Below, piece after piece: positions 16,246-30,557 of a stretch of 64,000 bases of DNA. A program made the position numbers and the translations under genes. This DNA comes from Eledone cirrhosa (Eukaryota), in assembly GCA_964016885.1 (NCBI GenBank), contig OZ024766.1:14136001-14200000 (forward strand), in the 5' to 3' direction. The notes beneath the pieces are model-generated. The model saw nothing but the letters and a program-made list of their open reading frames with translations, did no database searches and was not told the origin of the DNA. The first letter of the stretch is position 1; every line of letters starts with the position of its first letter.

Positions 16246-16880
16246 TGGCTGCCAACTCGTTTTCGAGTACGGCCACTACTTTACATCCATGTAGGATAAC
16301 CCCTACCGAAGCGCTGAACGAGTGTGACTTTTTAGTCCAGCCAGCGACTTGAAACCTCTGGTACAAACACTACACCTGTGACAATTATTGACACATAGTG
16401 CTAGGCCCATGGTAGGACAATTATTGACACATAGTGCTGGGCCCATGTGAGGACAAGTGCAGAGAGATCTCCAGATATAAAGCAATGCCTCGGCCGTGAA
16501 GCTTTTATAGTGAGCAAAGGCACTGCACAAAGCCAGTCCCACTCTCTTAACCAAGATGCTATTTACCAAAAAGAAGAACAAGTCAACATCATTGGATACC
16601 ATCAGGGTTGCAGGTGTTATATCAGAGTTTTCCTTCTCCTAGAATTCTGCCTTGACTAAGGCTAAAGGGGTCATCTCTCCCGGTGATTTTGGATGGCCAT
16701 TGACTCTTAAGAGCTCCTTTGCCCTTTGACAGGTTTTGTTTTTAGTCCTGCAGGATGTCCAAAGTCACCCTCCTCACCAAGAAACCTTGGTGGGGTTGCC
16801 AGTTTAGTCGCCAACGACCCGACCATGAGACAGGTTGTACTGGGATACATGTTACCAGTAGCACCAACTGGTGACCTGAC

Positions 16881-16882
<2 letters not shown>
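16243..16882 (-). mobile_element. Interspersed repeat, copy 2 (longer; 5' part resembles a LINE 5' UTR)
   Basis: Reverse complement of 10518-10972 plus ~160 bp containing GGCGACTAAACTGGCAACCCCACC; internal ~32-bp duplication at 16380-16447. Confidence 0.75.
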
Positions 16883-18087
<1,205 letters not shown>

Positions 18088-18233
18088 TTTTTTCCGTTGT
18101 GTTGTAATATAAATATTACACAGTAGATTATCAGCTCACGTAGAGTTTGCTCGACGGTTCCAGTTGTAGTTCCAAAAGTAATCCGGAGAAAAATAGAAAG
18201 ATTTGAATGGATACAGTTTAGTTGAAAGGAATT

Positions 18234-18348
18234 TATTGACACGTGTTTCTATAACAGTTACATAACCTAAAACAGCTATCTACAAACTTTTAGTTATGCA
18301 GACATTCAATATTTCAATGTTATTGTTTACTGTCATTTCATCAGAATA
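18234..18348 (-). ncRNA. Type I hammerhead motif with a ~90-nt stem II region
   Basis: TATT-CTGATGA-aATGACAGT...ACTGTTATa-GAAA-CACGTG-TC-AATA; GUC triplet. Confidence 0.8.
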
Positions 18349-18939
18349 ATATTACTGAGGACCTATTTAGTTTTTATAGAGAATATTAGGAGGAAGGGGT
18401 GAAGTTGTTAGAAGAATAGTTGAAGGAGTGGTTTTTCGATAGCAGTGAGAATTCTTGGTGGCAGTGATTAATTAGATTCCCATCTGTTGTTTTGACATTT
18501 TTTATAGAATATATTATTGGTTATTTTTCTAAATCTATAGAAGGATTAGAGATAGTAAAGATATGCGTGGTTGGTTTTGTGTTTGCACTTAACATTCAGA
18601 CTTAAATTTTTCTTTCAAGTGTACGTATTCTTTCACCCACGCATTCACACACAAATATATTTGCACACCTCTACAAAATACATATACTCACAATTCACAT
18701 ATTCATACTTACATATATATACACATGCATACACATATATATACACACATGTATTCATGTACATACATACGCGCTCATGTGTATACATTTTCATACTCAA
18801 CTTATCTTTATATATACACACGTATAGACACACACATATATACATACATACTCTAGTCCATGTGTACACACATACACATACATACACATCCATATACACA
18901 TACATACATACACATATATATATACATATATACATATAC

Positions 18940-18986
<47 letters not shown>

Positions 18987-18987
18987 C

Positions 18988-19038
<51 letters not shown>

Positions 19039-19307
19039 AGCACTTTAATACATGAATACACTTACATCTAACTATACACATCAAACATATATATATATTT
19101 ACTTATTTATATACATTTTCACATATATATACATACTTATGGACGTTTTTAGACACATTCATTATCGCATATTTGTACCTATTCTCATCAGCATATCTTT
19201 TCATTATTAGTATGGTAATTTAAGGTTATTAATATATGTTGAAAAGAGATTGTTTTTATATTTTTCTAACTAGATTAAGGTTTATATAGTTGGGGGATGT
19301 CCCTCTT

Positions 19308-20075
19308 TTATGTAATATTCGGCTTGTAGTGGGAAAAAAGGGTTTTAGTTCTGTGACGGCAGAATAATGTTCGTTCAATTCTGTTATTCAGCAGTTTCTT
19401 CTTGTGTGTGATTATGTAATAAATCTCAAGATTACACAATTTGCAGAAATTTTGGCTCCTGGAAAAGCTTTGGGTTTTAGCTAATTTTTCCCATTTTAGG
19501 GTAAACTTTTGATTGCTATCCCTGAGCGTCCAAGCTTTCTCTGCTAAAGTTGTTACATTTCTTTGGCTCTGGTGTTTTATTGAGTAAGAATGCCTATACA
19601 ATCGAGATTTAAACGATGTTGCCGTTGATCCCACGTAATACCACTCGTTGCCTCCGGATTTAATGGTACACTTATAAATAATATTTTTTTCCAGGCAGTT
19701 ATTGCCGAGGGGGCAGTTGTCAGGATAGGTGCAGTTACAGTTGTGTACGTTGGGTTTTCTCTGGAGTAGTATTGCGGACGAACTTAGGTGTGGTTTATTT
19801 ATGTTCTGTAGTGTATTGTCTACTGTTTTTTTGGGGTTCTTTGTACTTAAGTTCTTAGTGTTTTCGTTTAACCTTCTAGTATTGATCTTTTTTATGTGTT
19901 GTTCAAGGTTTAACGCTGTAGAGTATGACAGTCTTATAGTGGTAGGGTTTAGGATTTTGTGGTATTTGTGTGATGTGGGAAAATGTCTTTTAATTATTTT
20001 AAAGAAGAGTACTGGTAAATTTGTACTAATGGAGCTATTGTATTCGGGGTTATACCATAAGTACTCTTTCCATCG
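19308..20075 (-). pseudogene. Penelope-like RT C-terminus/linker + GIY-YIG endonuclease
   Basis: Minus strand: WYNPEY..IIKRHFPTSHKYHKILNPTTIRLSYST..CNCT..CPLGNNC..IIYKCTI..YYVGSTATSFKSRLYRH..CKLCNLE..LLNNRIE..CRH. Confidence 0.85.
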
Positions 20076-20120
20076 CTTTCTATTATTCTCTATAAAAACT
20101 AAATAGGTCCTCAGTAATAT

Positions 20121-20235
20121 TATTCTGATGAAATGACAGTAAACAATAACATTGAAATATTGAATGTCTGCATAACTAAAAGTTTGTAGATAGCTGTTTT
20201 AGGTTATGTAACTGTTATAGAAACACGTGTCAATA
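20121..20235 (+). ncRNA. Type I hammerhead motif (inverted copy of 18234-18348)
   Basis: CTGATGA at 20125; GAAACACGTGTC at 20220-20231. Confidence 0.8.
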
Positions 20236-20273
20236 AATTCCTTTCAACTAAACTGTATCCATTCAAATCTTTC

Positions 20274-21941
<1,668 letters not shown>

Positions 21942-22522
21942 CTCTTTTAACTGTTTCAGCCATCCGGCTGAGGCCATGCTGGGGCACCGCCCTTGTTGCT
22001 ACACATTTTATCTCCAGCCTGTATAGGTTGGCCACTGGTGTAGGAGGGAGTTTGTTGCTGCTGCCCTTAGGTTTCCCTCGTGTCTTGCTGTGGGCTCATC
22101 CGGGATCCTGGATAACAAGGTGTCGAGATGTTTCTTAAAGACATCCACCTCCACGTCATGCAAGTCTCTCAGATGCCTCGGCAGCCTGTTGAAGAGTTGA
22201 GGGCCCTTGAATCCCAGGCTATTGCAATACCTGCTCCTTATTCTAGATGTGGAAGACGGGACCTTTGGCACCACACAGTGACGTCCTGTTCGACGGTTGG
22301 TCCAGCTCCCAATGCCAAAGTTTGGTGCTAGTCCCTCCAGGATTTTCCACATGTAGATCACTGCGTATCTCTCCCGTCTTCGCTCCAAGGAGTAGAGGTT
22401 CGGTTCCCTCAGCCTCTCCCAGTTGCTTGTCTCCCTCATCTTGGCAATCCTCTTGGTGTAGCTTCGCTGGATTGCCTCAGGCTCCGTGGTTAGTTTTATA
22501 CTATGGGGTGACCACAACTGGG
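21942..22522 (-). mobile_element. CR1/L2-group LINE 3' fragment
   Basis: WSPH..EAIQRSYTKRI..WERLREPNLYSLERRRERYAVIYMWKILEG..GPQLFNRLP..FKKHLD. Confidence 0.8.
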
Positions 22523-22560
22523 ATAGTAATAAACGAAAGATTTATACTTTATACCATCTC

Positions 22561-22638
22561 TATTTTATTATATATATTTCGAAGATGTAAAGTTTTATGT
22601 ATAACATAAACCAGAAGATGTCCTCCTCAGACAAAATA
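22561..22638 (-). ncRNA. Type I hammerhead ribozyme motif (family of 8852)
   Basis: Minus strand: TATTTTGT-CTGAGGA-GGA..TTC-GAAA-TATATA-TA-ATAAAATA. Confidence 0.75.
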
Positions 22639-22848
22639 CATAGGAGATAATTTTTCCTGATATCCTGGTAGACAAATGAGCTGGACAGTTTGGTAACAAC
22701 CGAGTATATGATTAGAAAAAACTCAACACAGGGGGTTACGTGACTGGGAGAATAATTACAGTTTTTTAAACATTTATTAAATTATTTAAAATATAGCGTA
22801 ATTAGCATTCTAAGAGAAATATAGAATCAAAATAGTACAAAAGAAAAT

Positions 22849-23466
22849 ATACTTGCCAAATAGGAAATAGTGCTATAAGGTCTCTCTTATGGTTCCACCC
22901 TGAATACACAGTCTTCTATAGACTGTGTATTTAGTATATATACAATATACTGTGTCTTAATATAATGGAGGCACATGGCTAAGTGGTTAGAGCATTGGCC
23001 TTGCAATCAAAAGGTTGTATACTTGCCAAATAGGAAATAGTGCTATAAGGTCTCTCTTATGGTTCCAGCCTGAATACACAGTCTTCTATAGACTGTGTAT
23101 TTAGTATATATACAATATACTGTGTCTTAATATAATGGAGGCACATGGCTAAGTGGTTAGAGCATTGGCCTTGCAATCAAAAGGTTGTATACTTGCCAAA
23201 TAGGAAATAGTGCTATAAGGTCTCTCTTATGGTTCCACCCTGAATACACAGTCTTCTATAGACTGTGTATTTAGTATATATACAATATACTGTGTCTTAA
23301 TATAATGGAGGCACATGGCTAAGTGGTTAGAGCATTGGCCTTGCAATCAAAAGGTTGTATACTTGCCAAATAGGAAATAGTGCTATAAGGTCTCTCTTAT
23401 GGTTCCACCCTGAATACACAGTCTTCTATAGACTGTGTATTTAGTATATATACAATATACTGTGTG
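22849..23466 (+). repeat. 170-bp tandem repeat (~3.6 copies) containing a truncated SINE head
   Basis: Units start at 22849, 23019, 23189 and 23359; each full unit ends with GGAGGCACATGGCTAAGTGGTTAGAGCATTGGCCTTGCAATCAAAAGGTTGT. Confidence 0.92.
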
Positions 23467-23584
23467 CCCTATATGATATGGTTCTTTCTCTCTCTTTGTA
23501 TATATACATATATCTTTTCCATTTGATGTCTGCTTAAATTGTGTAAATATGTGTATGTCCATTAACACTGACTTATATATGCTA

Positions 23585-23644
<60 letters not shown>

Positions 23645-23702
23645 AAGGCTCTGATACCATCAACACTATAAACACAGAGCTGGCATGTCTAAGAACTGAC
23701 TA

Positions 23703-23758
23703 ACTGCCTGATGAGGTCATAGCCATTCAATGGCTATCATCGAAATATATATAGCAGT
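23703..23758 (+). ncRNA. Type I hammerhead ribozyme motif (family of 11486)
   Basis: ACTGC-CTGATGA-GGT.ATAGCCAT TCA ATGGCTAT.ATC-GAAA-TATATA-TA-GCAGT. Confidence 0.88.
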
Positions 23759-23819
23759 AAATAAAGGATTATGAGTTCATGCAATTGACTTATGTTTTAT
23801 CACTATATATATATATATA

Positions 23820-25460
23820 TTTATTTATTAAAATAACATATTAAAGTTTAAGCAAAGAATCGCTGCTTTCACCCTTAACGGGATCTTCTGAAACTAACAA
23901 AGTCAATCTGTGAAGGCAGAAGTGAATATTTCAAAAAACGTTGCAACAGAAGGAAGATAGGAAGACGATACTTTGGTTCGTGGAAATGTTCCTTGGTAAA
24001 GAACGGGAAAAAACGAATATAATACGTCCTTAATAGGAGCGGTGAAAAACAATTACACGCAAAGACAAAACCACGTTTATGGTATAAAAGAAGTTGTAGA
24101 CTAATGTTCTCTTAGGTGGTGCATAGAGACGTTCTCTGGCAATGAACGGAAAAAACGAAGATAATACGTCATATGTGGAGCGTGGAGAACAATTGCACGC
24201 AAAGACAAAACCACGTAAATGGTATAGCAGAAGTCGTAGACTAAAATTCTAACTAGGAGACCGAATGAATCTCGGCTTCAGAGTTAAGAATAAAGTAAAT
24301 AAAATACAATACAGAGGCAATTGAAATTAAATAAATACATACACGCATCCATATACGTACATACACAAGCATACGCGAAAACACTCGCCATAGGTATAAA
24401 AAACCACGCACATATAAATATGTGTGTGTGTGTGTGCGTGTATACAAATAATTAAATAAATATGTATATAACATGCGCACACACATACCTACATGTAAAT
24501 ACACAAATGTTCGGAGACGTACGTCAACCAAAACACGAAGTACACATATACACACACCCTACATATGTACGAACCCACATACTCACATAGACGCAAAACT
24601 CACGTATACACATAACCAAAAGCATATATACCAGAATATATAAAATATACGCCATAACATATACAATCAAATATACGTACGAGAAAGTATACGTACCTTC
24701 ACAAAACATACAGGTAATATATACTTACCTATGCAAATAAGTAATGGTATAAACATAACATATACTTAGCTACCACATCAAGATGTAAAATATCCGCGTA
24801 TAGATCGTACTATCCATTAGGGTATAATGTGGGGCTGTAATACAGGAAAGTTTTGTGCAATTTATGTTTACAAGCCGAAATTGCCTCAGATTTTTTGTTT
24901 AAGATGTGGTCTGTGGCGTAGAGTATTTCCAGGGCCTCAGCGGCGCAAAGGTCACATGATCTTTTATTTCTGTTATATGATCTAGCCCTAGCTAGGATCT
25001 CCCAGTGTAACTTATATTGGGTGTGGTTGTCTTTTAGACTCCAGATATAAGCTGAAAGTGACGTCATATTCCTTCTTAGAGGGTAACGAAAATAATGGGT
25101 ATGCATGTAAAGACGCTGCTTGAATCTATTGGCGGTTAACCCTATGTAGGCCCTACGGGACGTGGGTGTTACAACCTTACATTTGTAGACAATGTTACTA
25201 GAGAGGCATTTTCCGGATAGGGGGCAATCAACCCGATTCCTACAATTACAGTTAGTACTAACTACTGGGTTGCACGTGTTCCTACGGCTAGGTAGTTTAG
25301 CTAAATTAGAAGCTGTGATGTTATGTGCAATGTTAGGAGTCGTAGAGTAAGAAATTTTAATAGTATTTCTATTAAAAATTTTACTATATTTATGTGTAGG
25401 GGGAAAATGCTTCGTAATAAGGGAGAGAAAGATCTTAGCTAATGGTGTGGCCACCTCCAT
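23820..25460 (-). mobile_element. 5'-truncated Penelope-like element
   Basis: GIY-YIG ORF 24810-25460 and ~1 kb of 3' UTR with a ~143-bp internal duplication (24001/24144); terminus repeated at 33848-33899. Confidence 0.8.
24810..25460 (-). pseudogene. Penelope-like GIY-YIG endonuclease (open 216-aa fragment)
   Basis: KHFPPTHKYSKIFNRNTIKISYST..CNCRNRVDCPLSGKC..IVYKCKV..YIGLTANRFKQR..H..CDLCAAE..ILN. Confidence 0.88.
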
Positions 25461-25461
25461 A

Positions 25462-26481
25462 TTACATGGTGGGTTATACCATATAATGTTCTTAGCACTC
25501 TCCTGTTCATCATAGTCCTGCAGGCAATAACGGAGGAGTTTAAGACCGGATGCCCATGGGAACTCCTGTATGCTGATGACCTCACACTTATAGCTGAATC
25601 CATGGTGGAACTAGAGAAGAAATTCCAAACATGGAAGCAGGGACTAGAAAGTAAGGGTCTCAAAGTCAACCTGACAAAGACTAAGGTCCTTGTAAGTAGA
25701 CAAGAAAACAGAACCCAAATACCCTCAGGGAAATAGCCTTGCTCAGTATGTAGGAACTCCATTCTCTGCCCCAAATGCAAACAATGGGTACACAAGAGAT
25801 GAAGCGGGATCTCAGGAAGCTTAACTAAGAATGTAGGCTTCACATGCAGCAGCTGTGCTGGGACAGCAAGCAGCAAACAGCCACAGGAAACAAGTACCAC
25901 CAATCTCTGGGAGGGCTCTGTAGAAACAGTAGACAGCTTCTGCTACCTAGATGACCAAATTAGCAGCGGAGGTGGGTGTTCAGAAAGTACAATAACTAGG
26001 GTAAGAACGGGATGGAAGAAGTTCAGGGAGCTACTGCCACTACTAGCTGCAAAAGGCTTCTCCCTCAAAATGAAAGGCAGACTGTATGATGCGTGTATAT
26101 GAACAGCAATGTTACATGGTAGTGAGACCTGGGCGCTGTCTGTAGAAGACTTGGGTAGATTAGAAAGAAACGAAGCCTGCATGCTCCGATGGATGTGTAA
26201 TAGTAATATACGTGAACGGCAAAGCATTAACGAATTGAGAGAGACTGAGCATAAGAGGAATCAAATGATGTGTGCAGGAGAGGAGGTTGTGTTGGTATGG
26301 ACATGTGATATGAAGGATGATAGCTACATAAAAAGGTGCAGAGCACTAGAAGTCGATGGAAACCGCGGAGTGGGGAGACCCAAGAAGACCTGGGATGAGG
26401 TGATGAAAGCTGACCTTTCCCAATTACACCTCTCAAGAGCGATGACACACGACCGTGACCTCTGGTGTTACACAGTAATAG
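25462..26481 (+). mobile_element. RTE-clade LINE fragment A (RT C-terminus, PHD-like finger, thumb)
   Basis: LSTLLFIIVL..CPWELLYADDL..MLHGSETW..GRPKKTW, with stops and frameshifts. Confidence 0.88.
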
Positions 26482-28241
26482 CGCAACTAATCAGAGAGAG
26501 AATTGATCTAGATGAAATGCCGTTCGGGTTTGTATCAGTTAAAAGTACCACAGACGCTCTTTTCATTGTACGACAACTACAGGAGAAGTACCTAGCTAAA
26601 AGTAAACCCCTATACTTAGCTTTTGTCGACTTAGAGAAAGCCTTCAACAGAGTCCCCCGTTCCATTATCTGGTGGGCTCTTAGAAAACTAGGTGTTGATG
26701 AATGGCTTGTGAGGGCTATACAAGCCATGTATAAAGAAACAGTCAGCAAGGTTAGAATTAACAACGAATATAGTGAAGAGTTTAGCATAAAAGTTGGTGT
26801 TCATCAGGGCTGCGTTCTTAGCCCCCTACTAGTTATTATTGCCCTTCAGGTTATAACAGTGGAGTTCAAGACCGGCTGCCCATGGGAACTCCTATACGCA
26901 GATGATCTAACGCTCATAGCTGAATCAATGGCCGAACTAGAGAAGAAGTTCCAAACATGGAAGCATGGCCTAGAATCAAAAGGCCTTAAAATTAACCTGT
27001 CTAAGACTAAAGTTCTAGTTTGTAGGAAGGAAAATAGGGCACCGGTCCCATCCGGGAAATGGCCATGCTCAGTGTGTAGGAAAGGAGTAGGTAGAAACTC
27101 CATTTTATGTCCCAAATGCAAAGTATGGGTGCATAAAAGATGTAGTGGGATCACAGGTAAGCTAACTAAGAACATAGATTTTATATGTGGCCAGTGCTCT
27201 GGTGCAATAAGTAGCAGCAAGTGCCCACAGAATACTAGCTCATTCCATTGCACATATGGTTCTATAGAAATAGTGGACAGCTTCCTTTACCTGGGTGACA
27301 AAATCAGCAGTGGGGGAGGGTGCTCTGAAAGTACAGTAGCTAGAGTCAGAACTGGATAGAAAAAGTTCAGAGAGCTTATACCACTATTAGCCGCTAAAGG
27401 GTTCTCTCTAAAAATGAAAGGCAGGCTGTATGATGCCTGCATACGAACAGCAATGTTACATGGCAGTGAGACCTGGGCATTGTGTGCAGAGGATATACGC
27501 AGACTGGAGAGAAACGAAGCTTGCATGCTCCGCTGGATGTGTAATAGTAATATACGTGAACGGCAAAGCATAAACGTACTAAGGGAAAAATTAGAAATAA
27601 GAGGGATCAGATGTTGTTTACTCGAGAGAAGACTACGTTGGTATGGTCACGTGATGCGCATGAAAGATGACAGCTGTATAAAAAAGTGCAGGGCAATAAA
27701 GATAGACGGTAGCCACGGAGTAGGCAGACCCAGAAAAACCTGGGACGACTTGATAAATTCCGACCTTACACACTTACACCTCTCCAAGACAATGTCACTG
27801 GACTGAGATCTTTGGCGCTACTCAGTAATAGAGAAGACCCGCCTTATCTAAGTACAAAGTGAAACCTACCACAGTCAGTAGGCACCTCTAACAAAATACA
27901 CCCCCGCCCCACTACCCCCACCCATCCTCACCACCCCTTTCAATGTAAAGTTATGTTGGTACCACAACATCCAGTCCGAAACAAATGAGGTCGTGTAGGT
28001 ATCACGACAAAAAAACACACAATCCACGCTGTAATGTTGCTGTGTAGGCAACACGGTAAAAACCTCCCAGTTCCACACTGTAAACGTGGTTGGTGTTAGG
28101 AAGGGCATCCAGCTGTAGAAAACCCGCCAGACAGTCCTATGCGAGCAAGACAACCACTCTTGCCTCAAGTGGGAAAACTCCCGTCCAAACCCATGCAAGC
28201 GTGGAATATGGACGTTAAACGATGATGATGATGATGATGAT
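26475..28241 (+). mobile_element. RTE-clade LINE fragment B with 3' UTR and (GAT)n tail
   Basis: FGF..STTDALF..LQEK..AFVDLEKAF..GVHQGCVLSPLL..LLYADDL..RLRWYGHVMRM..GRPRKTW; ends GGACGTTAAACGATGATGAT. Confidence 0.92.
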
Positions 28242-28269
28242 ATACATGTATGTCTATATATATATATGT

Positions 28270-29270
28270 AGAAAAAATTTACGAAATGGAAATGCGGGTA
28301 TATAGAATTTATTAGGTAACAATTGTTTCTATAGAGTATGAGTTACCTATACCTCGCTATTTGAATAATACACAAATATTATCAAAAACCGAAAGTACAC
28401 TGTAAGCCAACACACCATGTCATCAGACCTTTGTATTAGAATGATATGAAAATATTTTATACACTAGATAAAAGATAAAGAAGGAGGTAGGAAGAGAAGG
28501 GGAAGAGGGAAGTGAGTAAGGTGGAGGGAGTCCTAGGGTTTAAGACAGTCAGACTAGTAGAGATTGTGAAGAGAGAATGTTTTGGCAGCAGTTAGCTTAA
28601 TGAGGCGTGTTAAGGTTGGCTGGGAAGTAGATTCTTCTAGTGGTGTTGTTCGGACAAAATTTAGTTAGAGGGGTCAAAGTGGTACAATGTCACAGACAAG
28701 TTATTAGGGCTATTATAGTAGCAGGTTATTTCTAAAGGGGTCCAGAAAAACAGTGTTTACTACTATTATTATAGAAAGCAATATCTAGTGTATAAACATA
28801 TAAGACAGAAATTTGCAAACGTTGGTGTAAAAAGGTAACATTATATGCATTTAAAAAAAGAAAAAGTCGTTTTCAAACGATAGTTACAGTATAGAGAACG
28901 TTCAATTTTGCTGTTCAAAAGTTTGTTTACCGACGTTAAAATGCAGTATATCTCTAAATTGCATAACTTGCAGAATCGATGATTTTGCTGATATGCAGGC
29001 GCAGCTGCAATAATTTGCCAATCAAGGGAGAACGCTTGATTGTTCCTCCGAAGCTGCCAGGCTTTATCGGCGAGGGTTGTTACGGAGCGCATTTTCTCGT
29101 GCCTGATCGAAGATCGATGTTGGTATAGGCGAGCCTTGAAAGAAGTTGCGGTACATCCGACGTAATACCATTTGTTGGTCCCGGAATTTATTGTACACCG
29201 GTAGACAATATTGCGTGCTAGGCACTGGTTATTCAGTGGGCACGTACCTGGTTTGGTGCAGTTACAACTA
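28270..29270 (-). mobile_element. Penelope-like 3' remnant (GIY-YIG 28841-29270, UTR, hammerhead)
   Basis: [54 protein letters not shown]; related to the element at 19308. Confidence 0.85.
28314..28430 (-). ncRNA. Type I hammerhead motif with a ~90-nt stem II region
   Basis: Minus strand: AGGT-CTGATGA-cATGG...CTATa-GAAA-CAATTG-TT-ACCT. Confidence 0.75.
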
Positions 29271-29466
29271 TTTATATATGTATATATATATACATGTATG
29301 TCTATATATATGTATATATATATACATGTATGTCTATATATATATATGTATATATATATACATGTATGTATATATATATATATATGTATATATATATACA
29401 TGTATGTATATAAATATATATGTATATATATATATATACATGTATGTATATATATATATGTATATA

Positions 29467-30486
29467 CAGGGTGTGGAAGATATTTGGTCACAATTTTCAA
29501 CTGCTAATTTCATGCAAATGCTTTTTACTTCCGTTGTCACTCTTGTCCTCATAAAAACAGTGACTATATTTCCATTATTTATTTTCAGAATAATTGATTA
29601 TGAATAATTTTGAACCTCCAAATTTGTGGAAGAGACACGGAGTTCTTCTCGGAGTCCGCGCCGGGAGGACAAATAAGGACCAGAAGATCAACTCCCAGAA
29701 CAAAAGGTGGCTCGCTGTCTCATCCAAAGACGTGCCCAGAGTCATGCAGATAAAGTTACCAGCAACAACACTGGTCTTAGGTGTCGTCAGCAGTCAAGGT
29801 GACGTAATGTCACCTCACTGTTTCCCTGAGGGTCTCAAGCTGAACACCGATGGCTACATCCGCAATCTGAGAGAGGTAGTAAAGCCCTGGATCGACCAGG
29901 TAGCTGCAGGTAGGCCGTACGTGTGGCAGCAAGACTCAGCGCCCTGCCATACCAGCCGAAAGATCCAAGCCTGGCTGTCAGAGAACTTCGTCGACCACAC
30001 CTCCCCTGACATCTGGCCTCCCAGCTCGCCTGACTGCAATCCTCTCGACTTCTTTGTGTGGGGCGCAGTGGAACGAGACACCAACAGATCTTGCTGCATT
30101 ACGAAAGACGATCTGAAGGCCAGGGTCACAAGTGCCTTTAGGGGCCTAAGTTGGGGTACAGTGACGAAGGCCTGTAGCCAGTTCCTAGGCCGCCTTGAGG
30201 CTACCATCAAAGCCAATGGCGGGTCTATCGAGTGAGATCGAAAGAACAAGTCATGAAAACAAACTGACCCAAATTTGATAAATCATCATCATCATCATCA
30301 TCATCACCGTTTTACGTCCGTTCTTCCATGCTAGCATGAGTTAGACAGGTTGTCCTGTTGTGGGCAGTGTCTGGTCGGCTGACCATGCCTTGCTCATACA
30401 GGAACTGATATATCTTAAAAAATAAAACTACTGTGTTATTTTTCTCCTAGACAGTAATCTTGCCAACAAATATCGTCCACACCCTG
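29467..30486 (+). mobile_element. maT (DD37D) Tc1/mariner transposon, internally deleted, copy 1
   Basis: TIRs CAGGGTGTGGA.GATATTTG / CAAATATCGTCCACACCCTG, TA-flanked; WQQDSAPCH..SPDCNPLD with 37 aa between the Ds; RTE-tail fragment inserted at ~30283-30410. Confidence 0.92.
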
Positions 30487-30508
30487 TATATATATATATA
30501 TATGTATG

Positions 30509-30539
<31 letters not shown>

Positions 30540-30557
30540 ATATATATGTATATATAT

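Noticed and set aside
23857-23890. Possible hammerhead at the end of the 24810 PLE (minus: CAGAAGA-TCCC-GTTAA-GGGT-GAAAGCAGCGATTC)
   Set aside because: Right position, but U4 is altered, there is no stem I and no palindromic stem III; at best a decayed variant
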